In this document: in pieces, positions 46,713 through 57,421 of the stretch
Numbering within the stretch: the stretch's first letter is position 1
Layout of the letters: every line of letters begins with the position of its first letter
Source of the DNA: an uncultured delta proteobacterium
Lineage (GTDB): Bacteria; Desulfobacterota; Binatia; UBA9968
Assembly: GCA_963745835.1 (NCBI GenBank)
Contig: CAVUZH010000016.1
Coordinates: 160,001-224,000, forward strand
DNA: 64,000 nt
Reading direction: 5' to 3'
The notes under the pieces: generated by a model
Told to the model about the DNA's origin: nothing
The model's input: the letters and a program-made list of their open reading frames with translations, nothing else
The model's database searches: none
Position numbers and translations under genes: made by a program

Positions 46713-48716
46713 ATGGTGGAAATGTTCAGCGCGCTGAGTTTGGGACTCGTTCAAGTTTTCAACTGGTCTACCTTCAGTTTGATGATGATCGGTATCGCCG
46801 TAGGCTTCGTCGTCGGGATTCTTCCCGGCTTGGGCGGCCCCACCGCGATGGCTTTGATGTTGCCGTTCGTTTTCAAAATGAACGCGGTAGAAGCGTTTGC
46901 CTTTCTTCTCGGCATGACGGCGGTTACAGCCACAACCGGAGATATCACGTCTGTCCTGTTTGGCGTCCCTGGCGAACCGACCACGGCTTCGACCATTGTC
47001 GACGGCCACACGATGGCGCGCAACGGCGAGGCCGGCCGGGCGCTGGGCGCAGTGCTGATGAGTTCGTTGGTCGGCGCTATTTTCGCCGCGATCGCTCTAG
47101 CCATTGCTATCCCGATCATTCGTCCTCTGGTTCTCTCGTTCGGTTCTCCTGAGTTTTTCATGCTGGCGATTCTCGGCATCTCGTTCGTCGCTTCTCTTAG
47201 CGGTGAAGATCAGCTCAAAGGGATCATCGCCGGCGGCATCGGTCTGCTGCTCGCCACCATTGGCCTGGATCCGATCTCCGGCATCCAACGTTATACCTTC
47301 GGGCAGTTGTTTCTTTGGGACGGCATTGGTCTCGTGCCGATTACAATCGGCTTTTACGCCATTCCTGAAACCATTGAGCTCGCGGTATTGGGGACCAGTA
47401 TCGCCAAGCAGGAAGTGGGCAAACTCGGCGGCGTCCTGGAAGGGGTGAAAGATACTTTCCGTCACTTTTGGCTGGTAATCCGCTGCAGCGCTCTGGGCTG
47501 CTTTATCGCGATCATTCCAGGCATGGGGGCCGCGACCACACAGTGGCTTGCCTATGCTCACGCGGTGCAGAGCTCGCCCAACAAAGAACGCTTCGGCAAA
47601 GGCGATGTTCGTGGTGTGTTGGGTCCGGGCGCGGCAAATAATTCGACCTTGGGCGGGAGCTTGATTACCACGATTGCTTTCGGTGTGCCCGCCAGCGTTG
47701 TCATGGCGATCTTGCTCGGGGCTTTTATCATTCAGGGAATTGTCCCCGGTCCAGACATGCTGATCCCCCCACCCAAAGGTAAACTGGACCTTACGTTTTC
47801 ATTCGTTTGGGTAATCATACTTTCGAACATCATCACGGTTGCGGTCTGTTTCCTATTTTTAAAGCCGCTCGCTAAGGTGACTCAAGTACGCGGCGGCATC
47901 ATCATTCCGCTGATTTTAGTGCTGATCTATCTGGGCGCTTATGCGGAGAAGAATGCATTTGCAGATATGGTGGTGGTGCTTGTCTTCGGCGCGCTCGGGT
48001 GGGTTATGGAGAAGATGGAATGGCCGCGACCCCCGGTGCTGCTCGGCCTTGTCCTCGGTCCTTTAGCAGAGAATCGCCTCTTTCTCTCCACCGACAACTA
48101 CGGCTTGAATTGGACGAGGCGGCCGGGCGTTATAATCATCTTTGCCATCACCTTATTTGGGATACTTTATCCGATCTACAAGAGTAGGAAAGAACGGCGG
48201 GTTGCCACTGCCACTGGTTCCGCTCCGGTCGAGACACCTGGCCGTGGCGGCATCCATTTCGGCCCAGGCGCGATATTTACTCTTGTCATTGCCGCGACAA
48301 TTGCCGTGGCGCTTTTTGAAAGCCGCAACTTCGGCTTTCGCGCCGGGCTGTTTCCATGGGTTATTGGCATCCCGACTCTGCTGTTGGCACTGGTGCAGCT
48401 CGCGAAAGATGTGACCCGGCCGAAAGAAGCGCGGGCGAGTGGGCATGAGGCGATTTCGCCAGAAGCAGTCCGGCACAGGACGGTCTCGATACTCGGTTGG
48501 ATACTGGGTTGTTTTTTGGCTATTTGGCTCCTGGGTTTTTCGTATGCGGTGCCGCTCTTTATTTTCGTTTATTTGAAGTTCGAAGCCCGCGAAGGCTGGC
48601 TGACGACACTTGCCGTGACATTTTTTTCCTGGCTATTCTTTTACATGCTTTTCGAAAGAATGCTCAATGTCCCGTTCCCCGATCCACTGCTTCTTTCGTT
48701 GTTTAGTGATACCTGA
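46713..48716 (+). CDS. TctA permease with a C-terminal TctB-like domain
   Basis: GILPGLG, GVPGE, FGSPE, GPGAANNS, GIVPGP, LGLVLGPLAE; then about 165 aa with four hydrophobic segments ending FERMLNVPFP. Confidence 0.88.
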   Translation: MVEMFSALSLGLVQVFNWSTFSLMMIGIAVGFVVGILPGLGGPTAMALMLPFVFKMNAVEAFAFLLGMTAVTATTGDITSVLFGVPGEPTTASTIVDGHTMARNGEAGRALGAVLMSSLVGAIFAAIALAIAIPIIRPLVLSFGSPEFFMLAILGISFVASLSGEDQLKGIIAGGIGLLLATIGLDPISGIQRYTFGQLFLWDGIGLVPITIGFYAIPETIELAVLGTSIAKQEVGKLGGVLEGVKDTFRHFWLVIRCSALGCFIAIIPGMGAATTQWLAYAHAVQSSPNKERFGKGDVRGVLGPGAANNSTLGGSLITTIAFGVPASVVMAILLGAFIIQGIVPGPDMLIPPPKGKLDLTFSFVWVIILSNIITVAVCFLFLKPLAKVTQVRGGIIIPLILVLIYLGAYAEKNAFADMVVVLVFGALGWVMEKMEWPRPPVLLGLVLGPLAENRLFLSTDNYGLNWTRRPGVIIIFAITLFGILYPIYKSRKERRVATATGSAPVETPGRGGIHFGPGAIFTLVIAATIAVALFESRNFGFRAGLFPWVIGIPTLLLALVQLAKDVTRPKEARASGHEAISPEAVRHRTVSILGWILGCFLAIWLLGFSYAVPLFIFVYLKFEAREGWLTTLAVTFFSWLFFYMLFERMLNVPFPDPLLLSLFSDT

Positions 48717-48720
48717 TCTG

Positions 48721-48746
48721 CCGGAGCAGGTACGAAGATGCTCCGG
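48721..48746. terminator. Hairpin between convergent tctA and Mo-subunit genes
   Basis: CCGGAGCA-N10-TGCTCCGG, 5 nt after the tctA stop. Confidence 0.5.
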
Positions 48747-48823
48747 ATTGTGCGCGGCTGTTTGCCCCGTCATTCAGTCGCGGCTATTAGCGATTGACAC
48801 ATGAACCGGATTGAGAAGACGGG

Positions 48824-51115
48824 TTAGTTCGCCGGGTGGAGCGCGCGCCAGACTTTCTCGGGTGTCAGAGGCAAATCATAGAATTGCACTCCAGTGGCAA
48901 CGCGGACGGCGTTGCCAATAGCGGCAGCCACCGGCAGTAAACCACCCTCCCCGGTTCCTTTTGCCCCGAATGGCCCGGGGCCATTATGATTTTCGACCAG
49001 AATGGTTTCAAAATCCTTCGGCAGATGAGTGAAGCTGGGAACCCGGTAATCGACAAGGTTGGGATTCAAAAGCTGGCCGTCTTTGTAAATCATCTCTTCG
49101 AGCAAGGTGTGACCAATCGCGTTCATCACGCCGCCCTCGTCTTGTCCCTCGCACAACACTGGGTGGATTGCCTGACCGACATCGGCTAAAGAGACATACT
49201 TGAGGAGCTTGACTTCACCTGTATCGGGATCGACTTCCACTTCAGCCGCGCCCCAGCTGATTTCCCAGAAAGTCGTCGGTGAACCTAGAGCCGCGTCTTT
49301 GGTCTTAATGTCTTGATAGGCGCCGCGTCCGACGATCTCTCCCGCCCTCGAGAGAAATACCTTTTGCATCAACTCGGGAAAGGATACGCTTGCGCCTTCG
49401 CCAGCGTGAATTCTTCGGTCTCTTAGAATTAGCTGATCCGGTTTGACCTTCAACAGTTTCCCCGCATGACGGAACAATTGCCGTTTTAGATCTTGGGCAG
49501 CTCTTTGCGACGACAATCCCATGACCACGGTCGAGCTGCTGGCGTTGGTGTTGACGTCATAGGGAGTCACGTCGGTGTCCAGTTGCGCCACCGTCACACA
49601 ATCAAACGGAACGCTCAATTCTTCGGCAACAATCTGGCTCAACGCGGTGCGCGCGCCTTGGCCAATCTCGACCGTCCCGGTGAGCAAAACCACACTTCCG
49701 TCTGAGTTCATCTTCACCGCCGCCGAAGAGACCTTATAGGTTCCGCCGCCATCTTTCATGCAGCAGGCAAGACCTTTCCCCCGATTTTTACTCCCGCCGT
49801 TGTCGCCCCAGCCGATTGCTTTCGAAGCGTGGCGCAAGCCTTCGGCCAAATCGCAATCAACCGGTGTGTCACCAGGCGTATAAAGTTCGCCTTTCTTCAA
49901 TAGGTTCTTCAGGCGAAACTCCAAGGGATCCAATCCTAATTTTTCGGCAATGATATCCATCTGTGATTCGTACGCCCAAGTCACCTGTAGCGTGCCGAAA
50001 CCGCGATACGCCCCAGCCGGTACGGTATTGGTGTACACCGTGTAAGCGTCAGCCTTGGTGTGCGGGATGCGATAAGGACCAAACGACCGGTAGCCAGCCT
50101 TCTGTGTCACCCGCGGACCGGCGTCGGCATAAGCGCCGGTCTCCATATGAATCAGGCACTCGCGGGCCACTAAAAGTCCATCCTTGCTGACCCCGGTCTT
50201 AATCCGCACCCGGGCCGGATGTCGGGTCACAGTCTTAAAACTTTCCTCAATGGTGTGAACCAAGCGCACCGGACGTTTGGCCTTGGATGACAAGGCAGCC
50301 GCCAGGGGCTCTGTTTTCACCGCCAGTTTTCCACCATACCCGCCCCCCACATAGGGGACGATGATACGAATCTTATTAAGCGGCACTTTGAATATATCGG
50401 CCAAGTGCTCGCGCAATGTAAACGGCTCCTGCGTTCCCGCCCACATGATGATCCGATCAGCCTCAACTTGAGCCACGGTGGCATGAGGCTCCATCGAGAA
50501 ATGCTGGACGCGGGGAAAGGTAAACGTGTTTTCAAACACGTGATCGGATTTCTTAAACCCTTCGGCAACTTCTCCCTTGGCGTAACTGAAACGGTAGCAA
50601 AGATTGCTGCCGGCAAATTCCTTCGGCGTTTCATAGCGCTGTCCCATCAACTCACCGCCCATCGAAGCCGAATCGTGAACCAACACCGCGCCCGGCGCCA
50701 ATGCCTCTTCCAGTGAAGACACTGCCGGCAATTCCTGGTATTCGACATCGATCAGCGCCAACGCTTCTTCGGCCGTGGCTTCATCGACTGCCGCAACCGC
50801 CGCGACCGGATCCCCGACATAGCGAACCTTATCTACAGCAACAATGGTTTGATCCTTGTAAGCGGCGCCGAACATGCCAAGTTCGCGCTGATCTTCCTTA
50901 GTGATGACAGCGTAAACGCCGGGAAGGCGCTCGGCCTTACTGGAATCTACCCGCACGATGCGCGCGTGCGGGTAGGGGCTGCGCAATACCTTAGCATGCG
51001 CCATCCCAGGCAAATCGACATCGACGGTGTAAACAGCCTTGCCGGTAACTTTCTCTGCGCCGTCAGATCTAGGCTCTGCCCGGCCGATAACCCTGTAGGT
51101 CTGCGAATCGTTCAT
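48824..51115 (-). CDS. Orphan xanthine dehydrogenase family molybdopterin-binding subunit
   Basis: KVTG, GGGYGGK, AYRGFG, QDEGG, KGTGE; start set at ATG 51115. Confidence 0.92.
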   Translation of the reverse strand: MNDSQTYRVIGRAEPRSDGAEKVTGKAVYTVDVDLPGMAHAKVLRSPYPHARIVRVDSSKAERLPGVYAVITKEDQRELGMFGAAYKDQTIVAVDKVRYVGDPVAAVAAVDEATAEEALALIDVEYQELPAVSSLEEALAPGAVLVHDSASMGGELMGQRYETPKEFAGSNLCYRFSYAKGEVAEGFKKSDHVFENTFTFPRVQHFSMEPHATVAQVEADRIIMWAGTQEPFTLREHLADIFKVPLNKIRIIVPYVGGGYGGKLAVKTEPLAAALSSKAKRPVRLVHTIEESFKTVTRHPARVRIKTGVSKDGLLVARECLIHMETGAYADAGPRVTQKAGYRSFGPYRIPHTKADAYTVYTNTVPAGAYRGFGTLQVTWAYESQMDIIAEKLGLDPLEFRLKNLLKKGELYTPGDTPVDCDLAEGLRHASKAIGWGDNGGSKNRGKGLACCMKDGGGTYKVSSAAVKMNSDGSVVLLTGTVEIGQGARTALSQIVAEELSVPFDCVTVAQLDTDVTPYDVNTNASSSTVVMGLSSQRAAQDLKRQLFRHAGKLLKVKPDQLILRDRRIHAGEGASVSFPELMQKVFLSRAGEIVGRGAYQDIKTKDAALGSPTTFWEISWGAAEVEVDPDTGEVKLLKYVSLADVGQAIHPVLCEGQDEGGVMNAIGHTLLEEMIYKDGQLLNPNLVDYRVPSFTHLPKDFETILVENHNGPGPFGAKGTGEGGLLPVAAAIGNAVRVATGVQFYDLPLTPEKVWRALHPAN

Positions 51116-51122
51116 TGAAACC

Positions 51123-52433
51123 TCAGCTGCGGTATTTTTGTTTGACCCATTCAATTGCCTCCTGGCGGCTGGTCAGTTCACCGCCGAGCTGTGCATCTTC
51201 TACCTGCCGCAAGATTTCGGCGAAGATTGGACCCGGAATATATCCCATTTCGATCAGATCCGTGCCGCGCAACAGCGGCTCAGGGCGGATCTCTTCCTCT
51301 TGCATCTGCGAACGCCGCTCTTGGCAGAAATGATAGTATTGCAAATCTCCGCTGGACGACAAGGCATCGATACGCGCCAATCCTAACAGCTCATCGATGC
51401 CTTCCTCGCGCAAAAAACGCTTAAGCGTGCTCAGTCGCATCTTAGGCGCCTGCGTATGACGCAGGTGATTTTTGACCAAGTACGCGACCCGCTCCCAGAC
51501 TGCTCGTTCGCGCTTGAGCCGTTTCAGTATCGCTTCGGCCATTTCCGCGCCACGATCGGTGTGGCCGTAGAAAGTGATACGATCGGCTTCCTTGCGAAAG
51601 CAAACCGGCTTTCCGACATCGTGCAGGAGGCAACCGTACGCCAGGGTTTCCGTCGGCTTTTCGAGATGGCTCAAAGTCAAAAGCGTGTGCTTGAAAACAT
51701 CGCCCTCCGGATGGTGCTCCGCGCTCTGCTCAACGCCCTTCATCTGCTCGATCTCCGGCAGCAGAATCTCCAACAAACCTGTTTCGTCCAACAGCTCGAA
51801 TCCCCTTCGCGCACCGCCTTCGGTGAGGATCCGAGTGATCTCCTCGCCGATTCGTTCGGACGAAATCTGTGTGATCATTGCCGCCGACTGCTTGATGGCG
51901 TCCAGGGTTAAGCTGTCGATATCGAAGTTCAAGCTGGCGGCAAAGCGGATCGCCCGCACCATTCGCAATCGGTCTTCTTCGAAACGTTGCCGCGGATCGC
52001 CGATGGCGCGGATGCAGCGCCTTGCAAGATCTCTCTTGCCTTCGACCAAGTCGATAACCCGATTCTCGACTGGGTCGTATACCATTCCATTGATGGTGAA
52101 ATCACGCCGGAAGATATCTTCTTGCAGAGTTCCGTAGCGTACCTGGCTCGGTCGGCGGCCGTCCAGATAGGGACCATCAAATCGGAAGGACGCGACTTCA
52201 AAAGATTGCCCGTCCAACATCACTAAGACGACCCCAAATTGCGCGCCCACCGGAATAGTTCGAGGGAAAATCCGTTGAACGTCCTCCGGCCTGGCGCTGG
52301 TTGCAATGTCGTAATCTTGCGGGGTCTTGTTGAGCAAAAAATCGCGGACGCATCCGCCCGCTAGATAACTCTCGTAGCCTTCCTCACGGAGCCGCTTAAC
52401 AATAGCAACAGCTTGATGATCCGGTGACATCAT
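51123..52433 (-). CDS. cca: CCA tRNA nucleotidyltransferase with HD domain
   Basis: GGCVRD, DYDIAT, RRDFTING, EDRLRMVRAIRF, HHPEG...LLHDVGK; poly(A) polymerase signature not seen. Confidence 0.85.
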   Translation of the reverse strand: MMSPDHQAVAIVKRLREEGYESYLAGGCVRDFLLNKTPQDYDIATSARPEDVQRIFPRTIPVGAQFGVVLVMLDGQSFEVASFRFDGPYLDGRRPSQVRYGTLQEDIFRRDFTINGMVYDPVENRVIDLVEGKRDLARRCIRAIGDPRQRFEEDRLRMVRAIRFAASLNFDIDSLTLDAIKQSAAMITQISSERIGEEITRILTEGGARRGFELLDETGLLEILLPEIEQMKGVEQSAEHHPEGDVFKHTLLTLSHLEKPTETLAYGCLLHDVGKPVCFRKEADRITFYGHTDRGAEMAEAILKRLKRERAVWERVAYLVKNHLRHTQAPKMRLSTLKRFLREEGIDELLGLARIDALSSSGDLQYYHFCQERRSQMQEEEIRPEPLLRGTDLIEMGYIPGPIFAEILRQVEDAQLGGELTSRQEAIEWVKQKYRS

Positions 52434-52492
52434 CCGGTCTCTCCAGTTCCAACAGACAATTCAATGAAACCAGAAGTGGAGGCAAAAAACGA

Positions 52493-52879
52493 CTAGGAAG
52501 GACCCGCGTCCCCGCTCTGAGGAAGCAACTCTCGAATCTTGCTCTGCAGCTCAAGAAAGGTGAAAGGCTTGACAATGTAGCTGTTGCAGCCCGCTTCCAT
52601 GCAGGTCTTGAGATCGGAATCGCGAAACATCGCTGTGGCAGCCAGGATCGGGATGTCCTTGGTTTCGGGGTCGGCGCGCACGGCTCGAGCCGCTTCCCAC
52701 CCGTCCATTCCAGGCATCATGATATCCATCAAAATCAACTCAGGCTTTTCCGCAATAGCCTTTTCTATACCCTCTTTGCCGTGCTTCGCTAGAATCGGCC
52801 TAAATCCCATCAATTCGATTTGCCAGCTGAGCAGCTCACGCATATCCGCGTGGTCTTCGATGATTAGAACTTTCTGCAT
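52493..52879 (-). CDS. Single-domain response regulator (DivK/CheY-like)
   Basis: VLIIEDH, LMDIMMPGMDG, ATA, VKPF. Confidence 0.92.
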   Translation of the reverse strand: MQKVLIIEDHADMRELLSWQIELMGFRPILAKHGKEGIEKAIAEKPELILMDIMMPGMDGWEAARAVRADPETKDIPILAATAMFRDSDLKTCMEAGCNSYIVKPFTFLELQSKIRELLPQSGDAGPS

Positions 52880-53003
52880 GGACAAGCCGCTTTCTAGGCT
52901 GGGACAGTGATGATCGAGTTTAGTTAGTCCGGCAGCTACACCGCACAAATATGCCGTGGCAGCTAACCGCCGTCAAGCATTTGTGACCGATCGCACAAAG
53001 AAT

Positions 53004-54323
53004 TTATTTCTCAGCGATGATTGTCTGGTTTCCGACAATGACGGTAATCATTTTTTCCGGCTCCAGGTATTTCTGTGCGACCCGGTGGACATCCTCAATG
53101 GTAATTTTCCGGATCAGATCCGGATAACGCTCGGTATAATCCAGGCCTAGCTCGAAGTATTCCACCTGAGCCAAGAAGTTGGCTACCTTACCCATGGTAT
53201 CGAAGCGCAGCGGGAAGCTGCCAGTCAGATAATCCTTGGCATCGTTAAGCTCGGCCTCGGTAACCGGCGCCTGACGGATGCGGCGGATTTCCTCTTTTGC
53301 GATAGAGATTGCCTGCAAAGCGGTGTCATTTTTTGTCTGCATCACGAACTGGAAAATACCGCGCCCTTTCTCCGCGCTAAAATAGCTGTAAACCGAATAT
53401 GCCAGGCCACGCTGATTGCGGATGGAATCCATTGCCCGCGACGAGAATCCGCCGCCGCCGAGAATGTAGTTCATCACTTGCAGCGCGTAGTAGTCGGGGT
53501 TTTCCCGGCCGACACCGCGTTGACCCAGAATTAGATTCGCTTGAGTGAGATCCTTATGGACTCGGATCGTGCCGATTTCCGGCGCCGCCGGTAGTGCCAA
53601 TGGCTTGGGCGGCGGCTCACCTTTGTTCCAAGAGCGAAAGGCCTGATTGAGTGCCTCGGTCATTTCTTCATGCGAGATATCGCCGACAATTGCCATGATC
53701 GAGCGATTCGGACGGTAATGCCGTTGATAAAACTCTCGTAAGCTTGCCTGCGGTATTGCCCTCACCGATGTCTCGGTCCCCTCGACCGGCCGGCCATACC
53801 GCGTCTGCGGAGATACCGCCGCCGCAAATCGCATGTCGGCAATTTCACCCGGCTGCTCTTGCTTGGCTCGAATCGATGCTATGACCGCTTGCTTTTGCCG
53901 CTCAATTTCTTCTGGCGGGAACACCGCGTTCGTCAACACTTCCGCCAGCAGTTCCAAACCCGCAGGAAGGTCTTTTTTGAGAACCGTCAAACTAACACTC
54001 GCGAGATCTTCGCCGCTGCGCGCCGACAGGCTGGCGCCAAGAAAGTCCAAGCTTTCACTGATTTGCAAAGCAGTGCGCCGCTTGGTGCCCTCGGTGATCA
54101 ATTCGGCGGTCAAATTGGCAAGGCCATCCTGCTTAGGCGCGTCATAACGCGCGCCTGCGTGGATCAACATCTCTATCGATACCATCGGCAGAGTTCTCTG
54201 CTCCGAGGTCAGCAACACCATGCCATTGTTCAACACCGACCGGCGCGGCGTCATCGCCGTTTGTCCGAGGCCCGGGGAAACAAGCAGCCCTACAAACAGC
54301 AGCAGAGAAAAAAACTTCTTCAT
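53004..54323 (-). CDS. M16 peptidase, non-catalytic subunit
   Basis: GLANLTAELITEGT (HxxEH lost), LGGGGFSSR...RGLAYSV; signal peptide. Confidence 0.9.
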   Translation of the reverse strand: MKKFFSLLLFVGLLVSPGLGQTAMTPRRSVLNNGMVLLTSEQRTLPMVSIEMLIHAGARYDAPKQDGLANLTAELITEGTKRRTALQISESLDFLGASLSARSGEDLASVSLTVLKKDLPAGLELLAEVLTNAVFPPEEIERQKQAVIASIRAKQEQPGEIADMRFAAAVSPQTRYGRPVEGTETSVRAIPQASLREFYQRHYRPNRSIMAIVGDISHEEMTEALNQAFRSWNKGEPPPKPLALPAAPEIGTIRVHKDLTQANLILGQRGVGRENPDYYALQVMNYILGGGGFSSRAMDSIRNQRGLAYSVYSYFSAEKGRGIFQFVMQTKNDTALQAISIAKEEIRRIRQAPVTEAELNDAKDYLTGSFPLRFDTMGKVANFLAQVEYFELGLDYTERYPDLIRKITIEDVHRVAQKYLEPEKMITVIVGNQTIIAEK

Positions 54324-55642
54324 GGGGTCTTGGCTTTGACGGGCATCAGCGTACCGACGGTGCGGCGCTCGCGATCGAGATACTGCTTGGCGACTCTACG
54401 AATGTCTTCCCGGGTCACTTTTCTAATACCTTCGAGATAGCGGTCCATCAGCCGCCAATCGCCCGCGATCTCATAGAATCCGATTTTCATGGCTTGGCCG
54501 AAAATCGAGTCGCGACTAAAAATGAATGCCGCTTCGACCTGATTCTTGGCCTTCTGTAGCTCCCGCTCGCTGACCAAATCCGCTTTGACCTTCTCAATCA
54601 GGCCATCGATCTCCCGCTCGATCGGTGCGGGATCCTTACCCGGCAACAGTTGCGCTGTCACGGAGAAGATCGTCGGATCGATGGAAGCTCCACTGTAATC
54701 GGCATCGACCGCCCGCGCCAACTGCTTTTGGTAAACCAGGTTCTGATGCAGCCGAGAGCTGCGCCCGCCAGCAAGTACCACTGTGAGCAGGTCCAGAGCG
54801 AAGTTATCTTTGCTGATCAAATTAGGAGCATGATAATACGCGCTGACAATCGGCAGCTCCGCTTCTTTTTTCAAAATGGCTCTACGTTCGCCTAGTTGCG
54901 GTGGCTCTTTGGCGTGAACCTTAGGAGGTTCAGTGCCGCGCGGGATTTTGCCATAAGCAGCTCTAATCTTGGGCAAAATCTCTGCAGTGGAAAAATCTCC
55001 GGTGACAACAATGAAGGCGTTGTTAGGCGAGTAGTAAAGCTTGTAGAAATCGACCAAATCCTGCCGTGTAAGATTTTCGATATCGTACATCCAACCGATC
55101 ACCGGACGACGATAGGGATGAACCATGTATGTGACGGCGCCGGTCAGCTCGCCCAGCGCCGCAGCTGGATTGTCGTCGACTCTCAGACGTCGCTCTTCTT
55201 GAATAACTCTCTTTTCCGCTTCGAAATACTCCTCACCCAAAAGCGCATTCACCATCCGATCCGCTTCAAGCTCGAGCTGAATATGGATTTTGTCTCGGCT
55301 CATGGTGGCGAAGTAAACTGTCACATCGGCAGTTGTAAATGCATTTGCTTGGCCACCGTTTTTGGCGATGATTTGGGAATACTGTTCCGGCCCGGTCGTT
55401 GGGGTGCCCTTGAACAACATGTGCTCGAGAAAATGCGCTAAACCGCTCTTGCCGTCTTGTTCATTGCGTGAACCAACCCGGTACCAAACCTGAAAGGTTA
55501 CCGCCGGACTCTTGTGATCCTCGAGAAGAAGAACCTTGAGACCGTTATCGAGCGAGAATTCTTGAACATCGGCGCAAGAGTCTTGTGCGGACGCGGCGAG
55601 CAGCAAGAGAGCAAGAATCAAGTCAGAGAACAATCGCCGCAT
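54320..55642 (-). CDS. M16 zinc peptidase, catalytic subunit
   Basis: GLAHFLEHMLFKGT, NAFT, EERRLR, YYSPNNA; start set at ATG 55642. Confidence 0.93.
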   Translation of the reverse strand: MRRLFSDLILALLLLAASAQDSCADVQEFSLDNGLKVLLLEDHKSPAVTFQVWYRVGSRNEQDGKSGLAHFLEHMLFKGTPTTGPEQYSQIIAKNGGQANAFTTADVTVYFATMSRDKIHIQLELEADRMVNALLGEEYFEAEKRVIQEERRLRVDDNPAAALGELTGAVTYMVHPYRRPVIGWMYDIENLTRQDLVDFYKLYYSPNNAFIVVTGDFSTAEILPKIRAAYGKIPRGTEPPKVHAKEPPQLGERRAILKKEAELPIVSAYYHAPNLISKDNFALDLLTVVLAGGRSSRLHQNLVYQKQLARAVDADYSGASIDPTIFSVTAQLLPGKDPAPIEREIDGLIEKVKADLVSERELQKAKNQVEAAFIFSRDSIFGQAMKIGFYEIAGDWRLMDRYLEGIRKVTREDIRRVAKQYLDRERRTVGTLMPVKAKTP

Positions 55643-55850
55643 GCCGTTACCGTAAAGGAAGTCAGCTTTAACTTCAAGGAATCTCGGAAGCACCTGCCGA
55701 TCACGTGTGCCGTCGTTGGCGCAAGAGTTCGGTGCGCGGTGTCGATCAAAGTCGAAGGCGCAAAGATGATTCTGATCGATCGAAATTACCGATGCAGGAT
55801 TCTTCGAATAATCTAGTAGGCCCGGCCCAAACTCGAATTTTGGCGTTCAT

Positions 55851-55879
55851 TTGACTAGCTCTGATCACCACAATAGTAT
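55851..55879 (+). promoter_or_regulatory. sigma70-type promoter of the ubiD-family gene
   Basis: TTGACT-N17-TAGTAT, then AGGAGG SD and ATG at 55903. Confidence 0.55.
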
Positions 55880-55902
55880 GACCGCAGAATTAGGAGGACA
55901 TC

Positions 55903-57336
55903 ATGACCGATGTGACCGACATGCGAGGATACGTGGAGTTGCTGGAGGAGATGGGCGAACTGCGAAGACTCGAGGGCGTAGATCTTGACCTGGAAGTTGG
56001 CGCGCTCACCGAGCGTGCGGCGGAGAAAGAAGGCGCGGCGCTGCTGTTTAGCAATTTCAAAGAATTCCCAGCCGGCTTTCGCGTCATCTCCAATGTTTTC
56101 CGTACTTGCAGGCGCACCGGCCCGGCCATGGGCATCGATCCCGAGCTCAATGGCGTCGATTACCTGAACGCATGGCGGAAGAAATTGGCTGCTTACAAAC
56201 CGGTGCCGGTCCAGCAAGTCGAAGGCGGTCCGGTGTTTGAAAACCAAATGGTTGATGATCAGGTGGATCTGTATAAATTTCCCGTCCCCAAATGGCACGA
56301 TCTCGATGGCGGACCTTATATCGGGACCGGCTGCGGGGTAATCACCAAAGACCCAGAAACCGGCAAGATTAATATTGGCACGTACCGGGTGATGGTCCAG
56401 AATAAAAACACCCTTTCGGTGAAGATGAACATGGGCAAGCACGGCCGATTGGCGTTCGAACGCGCCCGCGATGCTGGCAAGCCGTTACCGATCGCCATCA
56501 CATTCTGCCAGGGACCGGCGATTTTCCTCGCAGCTCAGATGCCACTGCCGCCCGACGTCAATGAGTTCGAATTTGCCGGTTATCTTCAAGGCTCACCAGT
56601 GCCCGTGGCGCGCGGAGCCGTCACCGGGCTGCCGATTCCGGCAAATGCGGAAATTGTCGTTGAAGGCGAACTCCCGCCAATGAAGGACCAAGACATGCCC
56701 AAGGAAGGGCCGTTCGGCGAGTGGCCGGGTTACTTTACCGAAGAGAATGTCGGCGAAACGCCGATCATGAACGTTAAACGGATCTATTATCGAAACGATC
56801 CTATCATTCTCGGCGCTCCGCCGCTCAAGCCGCCGGCAAGCTATTTGCCCATCCCGTTGGGTGCGGCGACGCTTTGGGAGCAACTAGAGAAAGCGGGAAT
56901 TCCGGAGGTCAAAGGCGTTTGGGGTTTCGTTTATGGCGGTCAGCCTGGCCCCTTTACCGTCATATCCATCAAGCAGCGTTATGCCGGCCACTCGAAACAG
57001 GCGTTGTTGGTTGCCGCCGGCGCACGCGCCGGAGCCTACGGCGGAAAATTCGTTGTGGTGGTGGATGATGACATCGATATCGCCAATCCCGCCGACGTGA
57101 TTTGGGCGATTGCTACTCGTTGTCACGTTCGCGAGGGCCTCGATGTCGTCAAAGGCGTTTGGGCATCCGTATGTGAGCCGGCATTGCCGCCCGAGGAAAG
57201 ATCACCCCGCGGCTACACCTCTGACCGGGTGCTGATCGATGCTTGCCGGCCATTTAAATGGATGGATCAATTCCCACCGGTCAACGCGTTTACCAGTGAA
57301 TTCAAAGATCGCATCGAAAGTAAATTTAAAATTTAG
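55903..57336 (+). CDS. UbiD family (prFMN-dependent) decarboxylase
   Basis: DGGPYIGT, NIGTYR, EGPFGEWPGY, VVVDDDID...VIWAIATR. Confidence 0.93.
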   Translation: MTDVTDMRGYVELLEEMGELRRLEGVDLDLEVGALTERAAEKEGAALLFSNFKEFPAGFRVISNVFRTCRRTGPAMGIDPELNGVDYLNAWRKKLAAYKPVPVQQVEGGPVFENQMVDDQVDLYKFPVPKWHDLDGGPYIGTGCGVITKDPETGKINIGTYRVMVQNKNTLSVKMNMGKHGRLAFERARDAGKPLPIAITFCQGPAIFLAAQMPLPPDVNEFEFAGYLQGSPVPVARGAVTGLPIPANAEIVVEGELPPMKDQDMPKEGPFGEWPGYFTEENVGETPIMNVKRIYYRNDPIILGAPPLKPPASYLPIPLGAATLWEQLEKAGIPEVKGVWGFVYGGQPGPFTVISIKQRYAGHSKQALLVAAGARAGAYGGKFVVVVDDDIDIANPADVIWAIATRCHVREGLDVVKGVWASVCEPALPPEERSPRGYTSDRVLIDACRPFKWMDQFPPVNAFTSEFKDRIESKFKI

Positions 57337-57421
57337 CAATTCAGCAGGCCAGAGTAATCTGTTTTGCGACGATCTTTAGATCGAGGCAATCAACCCGTCT
57401 CGTCAAGACGATAGGTGCATT

